Assembly (NCBI RefSeq): GCF_902652985.1
Contig: NC_047017.1
Coordinates: 18,476,001 to 18,540,000, forward strand
Source: Pecten maximus
Lineage: Eukaryota
Direction of reading: 5' to 3'
DNA length: 64,000 nucleotides
A model generated the notes under the pieces. That model did not search any database and was not told where the DNA came from. It was given only the letters and a program-made list of their open reading frames with translations. A program made the translations under genes and the position numbers. Shown piece after piece: positions 41,251 to 54,900 of the stretch. Every line of letters begins with the position of its first letter. Within the stretch, counting starts at the first letter, position 1.

Positions 41251-43112
41251 GTAGTTTTTATTTTTGAGTTTCTTTCAAGCAATTGCAAGATTAATTAAAA
41301 CTCAACGAATTCATCATCATCAAGCGAATTACATATTGTACAAAGTCTTTGCATTCTTGGAATGCTTTTTTATTCTACCTTTAGCTATCTCGAGGTCCAA
41401 TTCATACAATCTGAAGTCCTTTTTAATAGGTTTGTAAAAACAATAGTTTATTACTCTCGTTTAGAGCATTTATTTTGTCGACAAGTAATTTGTTTTGTTT
41501 GCTCCTGAATTTATCTTGAATGTACATATATCTTTAAATCGCATTATGATTTAAAAAAAGAGGAAAAGTATGATTTTAAATCCTGCAAATTGGATATTTC
41601 TGATGCATCGCTTACAAATGTATACCAACTGTAGATGCCATTGTTATGCGTATCCTTGTTTACTGCATGTGTCGCTACAACATGAGGATTTGTACATGTA
41701 CTATTATTTGTAATTCTCAGAAAGTAATTGCAGACATATTACATGACTATCGATTGGGAGTTAAGTAACCTTGTTCTCTATGGGACGCAAGGTTAACTTC
41801 TCTTCTACAAATACCTACTGACCTCGCACCAGCCAGGATCATATGATGACACCTTAGAGGAAAACAAAATACTGAAAGACAGAGTAGGGAAGGAAGTATA
41901 AGAAAAATGAGTGCTGGAGACATATTGTACACTTGTCCTAAGGGATGTTGGAGACCGTTACCATTCGGAGTTAAAAATAAGACAGCGAGGATTTCCCCTC
42001 CTACAGGAGCAGACGAGGATAAGAGACCGGATACTCCGAAGGCCAGATAGTCTGAAAATAGGTAAATATTGTGAAAAAATGTTCCAGAATTTTATATGTA
42101 GTAACTACATGTACATATTTCCAGAAAACATATTCCTGAAAGTTTGTTACAGGTTTCAGTAAAAATGATAAACATATAAGTGCCGCGAAGCAAAAAAAGT
42201 ATGAAATTATTGTCATTTTAAATAATGAATGTGAGAGAGTGTTTGTTTGTTTTGTCAATGTCCATTTACTGGGATGTACTAGTATAAATTGACATACATT
42301 AAAACACAAAAGATAAAAATGCATATTTATTGAATACCGGAAATATGCTTATGTCAGCATCTTCCTCGTCAATATAAAAACAAAGCTTCCGCCAACACAT
42401 CCAGTACAACAGTTTAATTCCACCAAGTATTGTGAAACACCATTTTTTAGATTATTATTATTATTATTTTGGACTTGGATCCATCACAGACAAGAACCTA
42501 CTCCCCCGCTATGCCATTGAGATGAACGCACTTTTTGTTTTCGCGAGCGCGAGTTTCTCTAGATCGAATTCTTCCCGCCACACAAGATTTACCCGTTTCA
42601 TGACAATCGGGCTATTAGGACACAACGTTAACGCTTCATTACTAATGCTTTAGCATTGTTTTGTCATAGATATTAATACGATTTCTGCTAAAAAAAGTTA
42701 CTTTCACTTAGAAATATAGCCGTTAAGTTTATGAACGATATAATATGTGTATATTTTGTATAAACAGCGTATATGAACATAAAGGGGTTTGACCCTAGTG
42801 ACCAAGTGACTTTAATTAGTTAACTAGTGATACCAGACAACATGACGACAGTTTAAATTCTCTTATTTAGATCATACCTGTATGATAGTTTTGGACTATA
42901 TTTGGAACCTTCAGACTGTAGGGCCTTCGTCACATTCTGTGACTGAGGGATGAAAAAACATTCTCATTTTCAGATAGAAGCGTGTAAAAATGGCCCGAAT
43001 GCAAAATTTGTTTCTAAAATTAATTTTATGCTGGATGAGGAGTTGGCTACAGCAGACATAACCAGAGTATTGCTCACCTCACACCGCAAAAGTCTCTAAT
43101 TTAATCAATAGC

Positions 43113-43578
43113 TTGTAGAAACCTGCTCTAACGGCCACCTTGAATAAGCGGCCACCTCCGTTAAGCGGCCAGTCTGTGGTCCGCCCGATGGAAAACACTA
43201 TATAATGAACCTTAAATAAGCGGTCACCTGTCTAACGCGGCCAACGGCCATAAAAATCTGCCCAAATTGTTGTATCGTCCTGTTTAAAGCGGTCATTTTG
43301 TGCGGAAGTAGACATCCGCAATGATCATATGACCAGGTATTTTTATCAAATTCATCAAAACTTTGATCTTTGTTGGTTTTCATTTCAAAATACACTGTAC
43401 ATGGTATATTGATATCAATATCAATAAGTGCATTATAATATGATAAATTCAATAAACTGTTGAAAAAAGAATTGGGCAATAGGCCGTTTCTGGCCAACCT
43501 GGTTTAAGCAGCCACCTGTTTTAAGCAGGCAATATCTGTCGGTCCCTTGGGTGGCCGCTTCATACAGGTTTGACTGTA
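43113..43578. mobile_element. Tc1/mariner-type MITE (copy 2)
   Basis: Appears identical to 40480-40945. Confidence 0.7.
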
Positions 43579-45123
43579 CCTGTATACTGATAATCTGTGA
43601 ATCTATCATCATGCCTACAATTACCTTATCAGATCATAGAGATGGATATATTGATGAGGATTTTTAGGTTTCTTCTCACAGATCAACTCTATTCTGATGT
43701 ATCAGAGGTACCTTCCTTCGTTCACTCTGTCACGGTAAAGAAGGATCAGCTTTTAATAATTAATGTTCTCTCTGAAGTAGGTTGGAGCAGTTGTTAGTTT
43801 CCTCTCACAGCGGAGGATGAAAATGTTCAGATAAATACGGAGGACACATTGAAACACTGACTCAACAAACAATAAAATAAATGTAGTTTTTATTTTTGAG
43901 TTTCTTTCAAGCATTTGCAAGATTAATTAAAACTCAAAGAAATAAACCCACGATTTGTACATACAGTGCAATTTCATTAACTTTATTGGCAATATAATGA
44001 TTTGTCATGACAACTACATTATCTTTTACAGCGGTGTACATGTGATATGGCAAAATGAAATGGTATGAACACATATATATTATAAATATGTCTTGTGTGT
44101 GATTACCTCATGGTAGATGTTTAGAAATGTTAACGATCTGGCAAAACATTTTTTAAATGTCGACAAAAGCCTATCGGAATTCAAACAAATAGGAAAACAG
44201 AAAAAGTCTGTAATCTAATCATGCATGTACTGTAAATTTAATGATGTTTTAAGACTTATAAAAATTTGCACCATTGATTGATAAAAAAGAATAATATGAA
44301 GAATTTGAAAATAATCATATATATCTTGTGCAGTTCAATATTCTTACTTTTTTTTTATAATGTATGCTTTAACAAAGTTCACATTGAAATAAAATGTTGA
44401 TACAGTATTCAGTAATTTTGTATGTTAATACTGTTGTAAATCAAAACTTTCAAAGGAGTAGACATTTACACAATATGTACAATTGATGAATGACAGTAAA
44501 TTGATACGATTTAATGAAAATAACTTTGAAACCATCTTCACCATCTTGTAACATCTGAACCACTCTCACAGAACTTGCATTGTATTTCATTCCATTCACA
44601 CACTCATTTCTTTCTTCTTTGTAGTAATGCTTTGAATGTATGCCACCTCGCACCATATCACAAACAAATGATCAGTCACATAGGAAAAGTCTATACACAC
44701 AAGTACATAATGTATATGCCTATGGCCATTGCATCACACTGGTAAGGGTCTCTCAGAGAATGAAAAGTACCTTATTTCATATCACTATGCAACTCTGCAA
44801 CCAACAGGTTTACTTTTCTTATTGGAAAATGCAGTTGTTTGATGATTTCCATAAGCTGCACTACCCCCTTGCATCAATTATAGTTATAATTGAAGAATTG
44901 CTGATAGAACTGAATATCTTCTCTGTGACTCTTGTGAACCCTCTGTATCAGTTTCCTCCAACTCACATTGGCCAGAAATGGGCTCAAGCATAATAATGAC
45001 TCGGATTTATGCTAACATCCAACTGATAAGATAAGAATCTAATTCAGATTTGGGTAAAATCCAGAGAAGTTCTCCAGTAACCAACATCTTGAGTCTTAAA
45101 TATTCATATATAAATAATCTTCC

Positions 45124-48100
45124 TCACACACGATTGAGTTTTGTGACGACCAAAACACGTAATGTTTGATCAAATGCTGTACACACACAGAGCCCTTCCT
45201 TGTCAGGACTCCAGTCTAGAGAGCTTATTGGTTGTGTAGTCATGGTGATATTTTGAAGAAGGTTCACAGTGCCAGGTACTCCACCTTCTCGCCCCTCACT
45301 GTCCTTTTCCACTCGCTGACCAGGATATGAACTGAGGAAAAATATAGCATTATACATGTACTCTATGTCATCATAAACAGAACTAAATTATTCCGTGATG
45401 AAATCTCAACTGTTGTAAACAATGTGAATGTGGTCATACCAACATGAATTCAGTATACATGGAAATTGTGTACTTTATTATCAATTAAATGCATTTTAAT
45501 ATTATCAATTAAATGCATTTTAAACAATCATTTTGCGATTGTACTTAACATTTAATGAAGATGTACCATGTAGCTGACCCAGTTTTTAAAGACACCAAAA
45601 GTAAGACTAACAAGAAATCAATGATGGATATTATATCTGTAATGTAATGCATTAATGAATGCTAGAATATGATACATATATTTTTATTTCTCAGACTGTT
45701 ATTCAAGTTTCTTTTGTATTTTTGAAAATAATGAAATATATAAAACATAAATTTTTTCGCGAAATGGAAATAGCACATTTCCATTATTCACTTGTAAACA
45801 TTAGAATTAAATGACTATCAAAAAAATCAAAACCATAATTGTCTTCAGTGATGACACCTTTCCTCTCTTTCTAAACTTACTATTTCCACAAGTAAAGAGA
45901 ACCGTTTCCTCCCATGGACATGAATACGTCTCTGTTTTGTGGTAAATGCTTCACTCCCCATACGGTTGATTTGTGTGCCTGCAATTGATACAGAAATCAT
46001 ACTTCAGTAAATAACATGACAACCAAATAAAGTAAAACCTTACCGTTAATTTAATATCATATTGAAAATGTTCAGTGAGTACCTATACTCCTATAACATA
46101 AGAGGCCGCTGGTCGGCCCTTTTTCTATCGGATATGATTTTGCTGACTGTGACATGGGGCCTGTCAAAAGTATCTTGCCGTGTAAAACCTCTAATATTGT
46201 TGGAGTATAAGTACCCACATTTCTATTCAAGATTTAAGTACATTGTGAGTTTCCAACAAACCATCTGACCAAAAAGGTCTTCAGAGTGTTTATAGTAAAA
46301 TTATCAGCCTGGATCTTACTATTTTAAGAGTGAAGTAGCCAGTGGGTATTGTATACTGGTTTGTTTGTTAGGGACTTAAATGTCCTCGAATCATCCAGGC
46401 AGGGTCAAAGGAGGACAGGTGTGGTGAGGGTAATCAATAGATACAGGAGAGAAAATATGAAAATGATCCAAAGTGGTGCAATATTTGGGTCATTAGATAA
46501 TTTATTGGGAGTCTGCAGACAGACAAAAATAAGGGGGCAAAGGAACAATAAGAGAATGATCCTTAGTGAGGTAGAAGCTTATTGTCTCTTCAGTGTTGCC
46601 TAAATACAAGATTAGACACAGAAAAAAAGTCACAATACTGAAGGGAGGTCACATCCATCAACATGCAGTAGGAATGTGGAAATAACAGTTTTAATCTGGT
46701 GGTCTCTGATATCCCCCAAAAAGAAGAAATTGCAGGAACTAGCCTAATGGAGTGGGAGAGAGGTAAAATATGGTAAAATATATCAAGTAATTGACTGCAG
46801 ACATATTATTTCCCAGACTGATACGGTTGCTGCAAATACTGTACCTTTTCTGTCACACTAGCAAATCCTTTCGTGGGGTGCTGTGTCCTCATGTCAAATA
46901 TATGGAATTTTGACTCTAATGTTGCTGCTGCTAGCTTGTTCATACTGATATCCTTTCTGTCAAACTCAACTCCACAGACCTTTGAAATATACAAAGATAA
47001 GCACATTAAAATCTACTTTAAATTTCTATCATCCTAATCCAAGACACAGCTGTCATAATGAAATAACAGAAATGCCATACTTTTTTTTATATATGACATC
47101 TTAATGTTTTATAAGTATGTTATCACTGAGTTTTTACACAAGACATTATCTCAGATAGTGTTTATAGATGGAACTAAAATACCGACTCCACTTCCGTCGT
47201 GTTACATGCCCAAAGGATTAAAAGTAATCAAATGAAAACAAAGATGAGCAACTCCTGAATCCAGGTTTAATATAGATATCCTCCTAAGCCTAGTAGATGA
47301 AACACAACATATATGAACTTAGCAGGAAGTTGGTTCTTTGACAATCTCTCCATCTGGAGATTCTTCTTTTTTTTGTTATATTAAAAGTGATGATTAAGCA
47401 AACACTTACACCGTTCTTTACATTTTTCTCCCAGCGCAGTTGCATATTTCTTAGATCAAATAACTTGATATCTCCATTATCATATCCTGCACAAACACAT
47501 CTGTCTGACTGGTTATAGGCATGACCTTAAAAGAAACAATACATTGCTCATTATTCAGGAGAATCAATAGCATCTTATGCTTGTAATATCATCTATCTAA
47601 TGTCCAAATAATAGTGACAATGTTATAATTTAGGCAATCACATTTACTATACAAAAAAATTTCTTCTGTCCTGGTAACACCTGAAATGTTAGAAGTTTTT
47701 TTCCTAAAATTGAGAGTGGGTTGAATTACCAAATGCTACTGTCCAGCAGTCCCGTTTATCTTGCCCCTCTCCCGGCTCCATTGTCGCCACAGGTTCATTC
47801 TTCTGACGGGGGTCCCAGACCTTGACAGCACCTGGGCAACAGAAAAATATAAATCATATAAAGTGCTTTTATCAATATCAATCTGCTAATCTTAAGATTT
47901 ATTTTTTTCATGTCATAACTTATCCCCTTTGGTATACTCGCTTGTCCTTTCATAAGATTCTTGATAATAATAAAGATAACTAATTTTGACATATTAGCGT
48001 TGAGTAGTTACTATGAACACTCTACATGTGAATGACATATCTTAAATCACTTTTCTTAACCAAATCTTTTGATACATTAAACAAAATTGAATCTAGTCGA

Positions 48101-49922
48101 AATTTCAGCATTACAGGCTGCTGAATTGGTTAGAACGTTATATTATTATCATTCATAGACACCTGCCATTTGCAGACATTGTCAGGGACCCTTACAAATC
48201 ACAATATTTTAAGCTTAGAAACAAAATTTGTGAAACATAACCAATCTTTTAAGACTGCTAAGAAGAATTGCATTCTGTCTTACCATCTCTGCTTCCTGTG
48301 ACAATTTCCGGAGCCCCCTCACCAATCCCTAGACCACCAACACCATCAATAGCATTGATTATTTCTTTATGTCCTTTCACAGAGTAAATCGGTAGTTCTG
48401 GTTTTTCAAGATTCCTGCACAATATTATGGATGCAAAACATATATTATAGATTTATAAAAGTCATGCATATCTACAGGAGTCACTTTTTCCAGTAGTTTC
48501 TATGTACAGGTCATTGCAGGGCAATACAGGCTAGATTATTTTTAACATTTTTCTATCAATGAAAGTAGTACATTCAAAATTGCTTAAAAACAAGCACTTT
48601 TGAGCAAATGACTATCTTTTAGTTAGAACAATGTTGACTTCTTCAACATCTTAACTTTCCTTCTTCTTTATGTAAATTGTCAATTATAACCCCACCTCAG
48701 CACTTATACTACCAGTTACTGAACCATTAAGAATTAATACTGGAACCTTTTATCATCAATTATGCATGTTACCTACAATTCAATAGATGATCTTCAACAC
48801 TCTTTTTCTTACCATATGTGCATTTTCCCATCAAAATCTCCAGTTGCCAGATATCTCTCTTGTAGTTTGGAGGCTCCGAATGTGCCACATTTAAAGCCTT
48901 TCGACTTTTCCACCTGAAGACAAATATATTTTTGGTACTCAAAATGTTAAATAGTGATTTTTATAGCAATTAGTAAGTGCACACAGATAAAGAAGTTTAC
49001 CATGAATAGGTAAAATAAATGTATTTATTCTTTTTCAAATGTCCAGAATGATGACATAATATTTCTGTTATATATACATTTATTGCATCTTTAAAAAGCA
49101 TAAAATGCATGTGAAAGATTTCGCTCCTTCGCTGTACAGAACAGAATACACCCGATGTTGGATTGTGTTGTGTATTAATTGATAGTTGCATAATGAGATG
49201 TGATGCATCATCATTTTGGGCATTTGAAGATTCATCTACATTATCAAAAAACTTGTGCAGTTCAAGGAAATCAACTACAACAGAGAGCAAATATAAATCA
49301 CTGTTATTTAATATTTATAGTTATAACTCTTTAAACCTGGATATTTCAGACAAAGATATTTACAAGTAGCATGTTCACTGAACCAAAGGTTGATTATGAA
49401 GTATTATGCGTCACATTGTTCAATGTATGTTATATGAATCTTTCATGAGCTACATTGTAAACACACGCGTTCAAATGTAGTTGTTTTTTATTTCAACATC
49501 TACCTTTGATGAAATGTCACTTTTCAGGCAAATTTACAACAGTCCGTTTAATTGAATGATTAAAACACATGATTAGGTAATGTTTCAAACCTTGAAATAT
49601 GAAGAGTTCAACTAAAAGTCTTACAGTGACATTTGTTGGGGGGGGGGGGGGGGGGGCTCTTATATCATTCGTATCATCAACTATAAATTTGAACTGGCCG
49701 TGTAAAATATATGTGCGCTTTCAAAAGGTAGCATAACTATCACATCACCTCTTTCACAAGAGCTACGTCACCATGTGAAACCTCGTATATCTGTATGGCA
49801 CCGGTTCCGCGTGCATGGTTACCGAGGACCACGAACTTCGCACTGGATGGTATCCATTTGGCGTCGAAGAGAGTGTAGTTGAGCGACTTTTGGATATGCA
49901 GAATTATTTGAGGTTTATCCAT
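45124..49922 (-). CDS. WDR92: WD repeat-containing protein 92 / dynein axonemal assembly factor 10, 354 aa, 8 exons
   Basis: Exons 49922-49749 ([25 protein letters not shown]), 48913-48813, 48414-48284 ([12 protein letters not shown]), 47831-47730, 47525-47410, 46979-46845, 45978-45881 and 45331-45124 ([15 protein letters not shown]) sum to 1065 nt. Confidence 0.96.
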
Positions 49923-50280
49923 GGTTATAAGTCTGATCTCTGGTGTCGATGCAGTGTTGATTTGGTTCAAGAATAATCGCAATAGACAAAACAAGCATAA
50001 ACAAGAAAGCGAGATTCTTCTGGAAGCCGAACGGAAGTTGAAACTTTTTACCTCCAAAGCAGAAGAGCGATGTAAATAATAAGGAAAGCATGCTGCTGTA
50101 TGATCATAGTTATCGGATGAAAAACTTACAAATATAGAGTGCCGGTTTACTTGGTACGTTATTTATACATATTTCCAGGTATACGAGATACCAATATTTG
50201 TTTCATTATTGATTGATATGCCACAACGGTTACAAGTTTGTTACATTTATATTTTATACTGGCTTCCGGTAAGTTCCAAT
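49923..50280. promoter_or_regulatory. Bidirectional promoter region for WDR92 and RRP36
   Basis: Divergent gene orientation; ETS-type CGGAAGT (~50032) and CTTCCGG (~50263). Candidate donors for a non-coding RRP36 exon 1 at 50154 and 50269. Confidence 0.55.
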
Positions 50281-50574
50281 GCTAAAATCTCAATCACCTG
50301 CACAGAATATTATATAACTGAAGCATCATAACCTCAAATCTTATGATTACTGAGACTTTCTATTCGATGACTTGCATCAATGCATACCTATATCATAGGT
50401 ATATATATAGGTATTTCTGGCTATTCTAATATAAGACCCTGTTTACAAGCTTTGATGTATTCGATGACATCGTATAAACGAGGCCCGTATGGGCTGGTAC
50501 ACTGGTATACACTGGTATAAGCACAGCTGGGGCATGTGGTGTGAGTTACAAGTCCATATGCCAGCTTATAGTTG

Positions 50575-50919
50575 TGTAATTGGAGACGGGGTTCGAAACC
50601 GGGACCTCTGAACACTAGCCGGATGCTCTACCAATTGAGCTACCTGGTCGCTGATGATCGACTCGGTTCAATTCCACTACACTCTTCCCTCCCTTTTAAA
50701 GTCTTTGACCCTGAAGACCCAACAACTCACAACCTAGGTTCGAGTATATCCCCTTGTCAAGGTTTGGTCACAGGCACCAAATGTAGTAGCTATATATATA
50801 GGAGTGGAAAAATACATGGCCAAACCACCGAACCCAGGACCTTCGAACACTAGTCGGATGCTCCACCGATTGAGCTACCTGCTAGTCACCGATGATTGAC
50901 CCGGTCCAGTTCCGCTACA
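50575..50919 (-). mobile_element. TRIM (miniature LTR retrotransposon) with tRNA-like LTRs, Helenus-like
   Basis: Minus strand: 5' LTR 50919-50782 (TGT...ACA), PBS TGGTGCCTGTGACC (tRNA-His-like), PPT AAAAGGGAGGGAAGAG, 3' LTR 50681-50575. LTRs contain TAGCTCAATTGGTAGAGC and a B box. Flanks GTTG/GTGG. Confidence 0.8.
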
Positions 50920-51940
50920 GTGGTAGGACGCCTGTTTCAAAAGAGGAAGTCAGGGGTACAGTGTTTTTGATGCCCTCCCTATCATGTGGACAACCAGATA
51001 ATTTACTATATATAGCTATTTCTCCTTCCTATTAAAGATTTGATGTCTTGACCAGGAGGGAGTGTTGTGCTTGAAAAATGTGATAGTCAGACCAGAGACC
51101 TATAATGATAAAACAGGTCTCTGATTAACTCGTCTCACATATGGCTAGGCATATCAAAGATTTACATTGTTATTATTAGATGCCACAATATTACAATTAA
51201 AAGATATATCTGAATTGTATATATGTAGTGATATAAAGAATATTTAATAGAAAAATATAAGATCATGATCAGCTATAAATGAATAAGATCATAAACAATA
51301 AAATGCTTCAGAAAATGATTAAGATAAGTATCTAGATTATCACAGAAACAGCTGTAAATGAATGAGATTATTAACACTAAAATATTTTAGGCAATCATAT
51401 AGGGTCTTGAGCTTTCCTGTAGTGGGGAAAGTCCTACCAACATGCATGTGTGTTTATTAGTTTAAACTATTCATGTAGCTATAATATACATGAAAGTGCT
51501 TGATATACAACTAATATAAGCATATACATGTATATACACATATACATGTACAGTTACCCCATAGAATACTGTTTGGCATATAGATGTGATGATATTCCAT
51601 ATACCGTATATGGACCTTGGTATGTAAAGTAAAATGCCTTTTAAAAATGTTTGTTTTAAAAGTTATTAAAAACTCCTTCCTATTACACAATAACACATAG
51701 CAGGGATCACCACTATTATAGTCATATTGGAATATCAAAATAGTTGTTACATTACATTCGATTGACCTGCAAAAACCATGATGAATGATCAGATATGCAT
51801 GATTCTTATAATTACTCAACTAGGGCTAGATCTACCGTATATACATTCTGTATATACAGTTAATATTTGAGACCCACCTCTCATTGCCTAATGAAATGGT
51901 ACTTATTTTTTTTCTATTGTAGAAGAGATAAACAAGTGTC

Positions 51941-54900
51941 ATGGAACAATACCAATCTGATGATGATGAGGGACAATCAGACAATAGATTAAGTGAAAAT
52001 GGTCAAAAGACGAAATTCAAGAAAGGAAAGAAAAAACTTCAAAAATCAACGTCAACCAAAAGTATAGTCATGTCTAATAGTGCAGATGCTGACACCTACA
52101 AAAGTCAAAAGAGAAAAAAGTTACAACAGTTTTCTGGTCTAAACAATAAAACGATAGATGGAACGAAAAAGAAAAGGACAGAATATGAAATGGAAAAGGA
52201 TGAAAGTGAGGAGAGTTCTGAAGGAGAGGATGAAGAGGAACAGTCTGAAGTGGAGTCTTCTGATGAGGATGTTAGTAATGAAGAATATGTAAGTATGATT
52301 TTCACTGTTTTATTCCTGACATTCTGACTTATGTATGTAGGTCATTATTGCCTTTTGCAAAAATGTATGGATCCAACTTAGCACACAAAAAGAAAAGTAC
52401 CTTGAGCAACATCAAGTTATTTTTTGCAATATGTTAATGCGAAAATTAAGGTCACTGTTAACAATATTACTGTTTATGGATTTCTGTCAACACTGTGATT
52501 ACACTTAATTCATTTCATCAATCATTAAATTTAGGTAAAACTGCTATTTTAATTTCCACAATTGTTATGGGAGGGAAAATATTTTTTTTATTGTTTTCAA
52601 TGTTGTGATATATTCTTTAAATGTAATTCACACATCATTACTAAACATATATCATTTACATCGTTTTCTCTTTCATTTACAGCAAGCAATGCGTAAAGGT
52701 AAGTTATTTCTTTCTCAATTTTTACATTATCCATATACATGTACATTGTATTGTATACGTTTATTTATACAACAAAACTGCAAATGTTTATATTGTGTAT
52801 TTGATGGAGCATATTGATATTTGGATCCAAAATGAGGATTGCAAAGTTATACATATACACGTACCATGCACAAGAACTTTTTTGTGAGTAATCACCCAGT
52901 TCCCATTTCTGAGAAACTAAATCTACTAAGATTTCCCCCCCATGATGAACATACACATGATTGGACATCAAAAGACAAAAAAATGCAAAATTTCATTCCC
53001 AGCAGTATGTGAACAATCCAGAAATAAATAGCAGCAAAAACTTCTTATTAAATGTCATGAAAAATATTAAACTCTTTTATATGAAATTAAATTCTTTTTG
53101 GGGTTAAATATTGTTATATGTTGTTCTTAGTATCATTTTGGTCTCTTGGTTCTTTTCAGAAATTGCAAATATGCCATTTGAAGATTTAATAAAGTTAAAA
53201 GAAAGACTTGGAACAAAAGCGTAAGTACCATTATAGCCTGGCTCAGATCAATTGAAAATGCATACTTTTAGATTATAATTGTATATTGTATGTTGGTATA
53301 GAGTGAAATGATGTAAAATGGCTTTTAATCTGCTTGACCAGGATGGAAGAATTTTAGTCAGGTGGCAGTGGTAACACTTGCCTTTCACCTATTTGGCAGG
53401 GGTTTGATTCCCCTCAGACTTGTAAATGTATGAGGACATATGCCTGATCATGTGGGTTTTCTGTGGGTACTCTGGTTTCCTCCAACAGTAACCCCCTGAA
53501 GATGATCAAATGTCCTACCTTTTCATATTTGATTAAGCAAGAACCACATCTGTTTTAGTAATGGAATGGGGGTTATCTAGCTGCGATAGCTTAGCTCTGG
53601 ACGACAGACGGACTATTTCTGGTCGTCCAGAGAGCAGTGTAGGCAGGGTATGAATATTCGTTCTAGGGGCTATCCACTTCATCAACAGATCACTCCCTCA
53701 TCTTCGTAAGACTGCTAAATCAGTCTTATTGACAATCAATGCCCTACCTCCTTATACATTGCTATTGATGTAGACAACTGCGTAATCTCAAACCAAATTC
53801 CTTTTGCAAAACATCTCTGTTCACTGTTCCAGGTACAATAAAGCGATGCACGGTGACAAACACCAAGGGATGAAGAGAAAGCAGCAGTTCAAAAGGAAAA
53901 ACAAAAACAGGTACAGCAGCTGTAATCTGATTACAATTTGTCCTTTTAAAAAAGTCCAGGATTTACTGGTCAAAAATCCTACAAAATTAACTCATGATCA
54001 TGATTTATGATATTGGTAGTGGTAATGTAGTTTGTATAGCCTATCATTGTTCTCCATAGAAAATTACACAGTTGGTTCATTTTTTATGCTTTTTCCAGAC
54101 CAATGGAGATGTCATCTAAGAGACGTGTGCGGGAGGTCAGAGAGGTTATACCCGTAAAGAAAAAGGTAACTGAACTTTGGCTTCACTGAAGAATCATGGG
54201 TTATGTCTTCCAGAAAAAAATAGTAGTGGACATTTTTTTTAATACTAATGCGATGAAGTGATGTTAACTTTTTGGTATTTAAATACAATATTTGCTATAA
54301 ACACTCAGAATTTCCTCCAACATCATGAAAGGATGTGATGTAAAAATCATTTGTATAATTAATAATAACATTGGAGTTGTAATGGTAACACTTGAATTAG
54401 TTCATGGAAATACTATCTTCCCATTCAATAAATAGTTCAAATTTATTCTGCAAAATTTGCAGTCATTTATGATATTGATGTACTTGTTTTTTCTAAATCT
54501 AAATAGTAATGTTTATTACTATTTTATTACAGATTAACCGTGACCCCAGATTTGATGACCTTTCTGGAGAGTTCAGGGAGGATCTCTTCAACAAATCATA
54601 TTCCTTCCTTAAGGACATAAGAATTCGAGAAAGAGAGGTAAGTCATGAAAATATGAAAATTAAGAAAGGATAAAAGGTGTCCGAGTATATCATATAGTAT
54701 TATATAGCTATTAACTAGACTACCAAAAATTGTGTACACTTGAGATCATAATGGAGCATAGCTGACCAAGGATCAAATATATGACACAATATGTTACATT
54801 AAGTATTTCATCTGGTGCCAGCTCTATCTTATACACTACTTGTCACTTGAATTTCATACATGAGACAGGTGTTCACCAGTAGGTCACTCTGACCTACATT

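Larger units (their letters stand above)
38663..43937. repeat. ~2.65-kb tandem segmental duplication (copies 38663-41305 and 41321-43937)
   Basis: Colinear copies run from CAAGCGAATTACATATTG to TTAATTAAAACTCAA; the ORF track shows paired ORFs (40565/43198, 40964/43597, 39782/42432). Confidence 0.95.

Noticed and set aside
40565-43497. Identical 99-aa ORFs at 40565-40864 and 43198-43497 as a conserved gene
   Set aside because: They lie inside a MITE within the duplicated block. Identity reflects DNA identity, not coding constraint.
49923-50057. N-terminal extension of WDR92 given in the ORF track
   Set aside because: It starts at a non-ATG codon in the promoter region. The conserved N-terminus begins at ATG 49922 (MDKPQII).
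50090-50137. 15-codon uORF in the putative RRP36 leader
   Set aside because: The transcription start and exon 1 boundaries cannot be determined from sequence, so it may not be in the mRNA.
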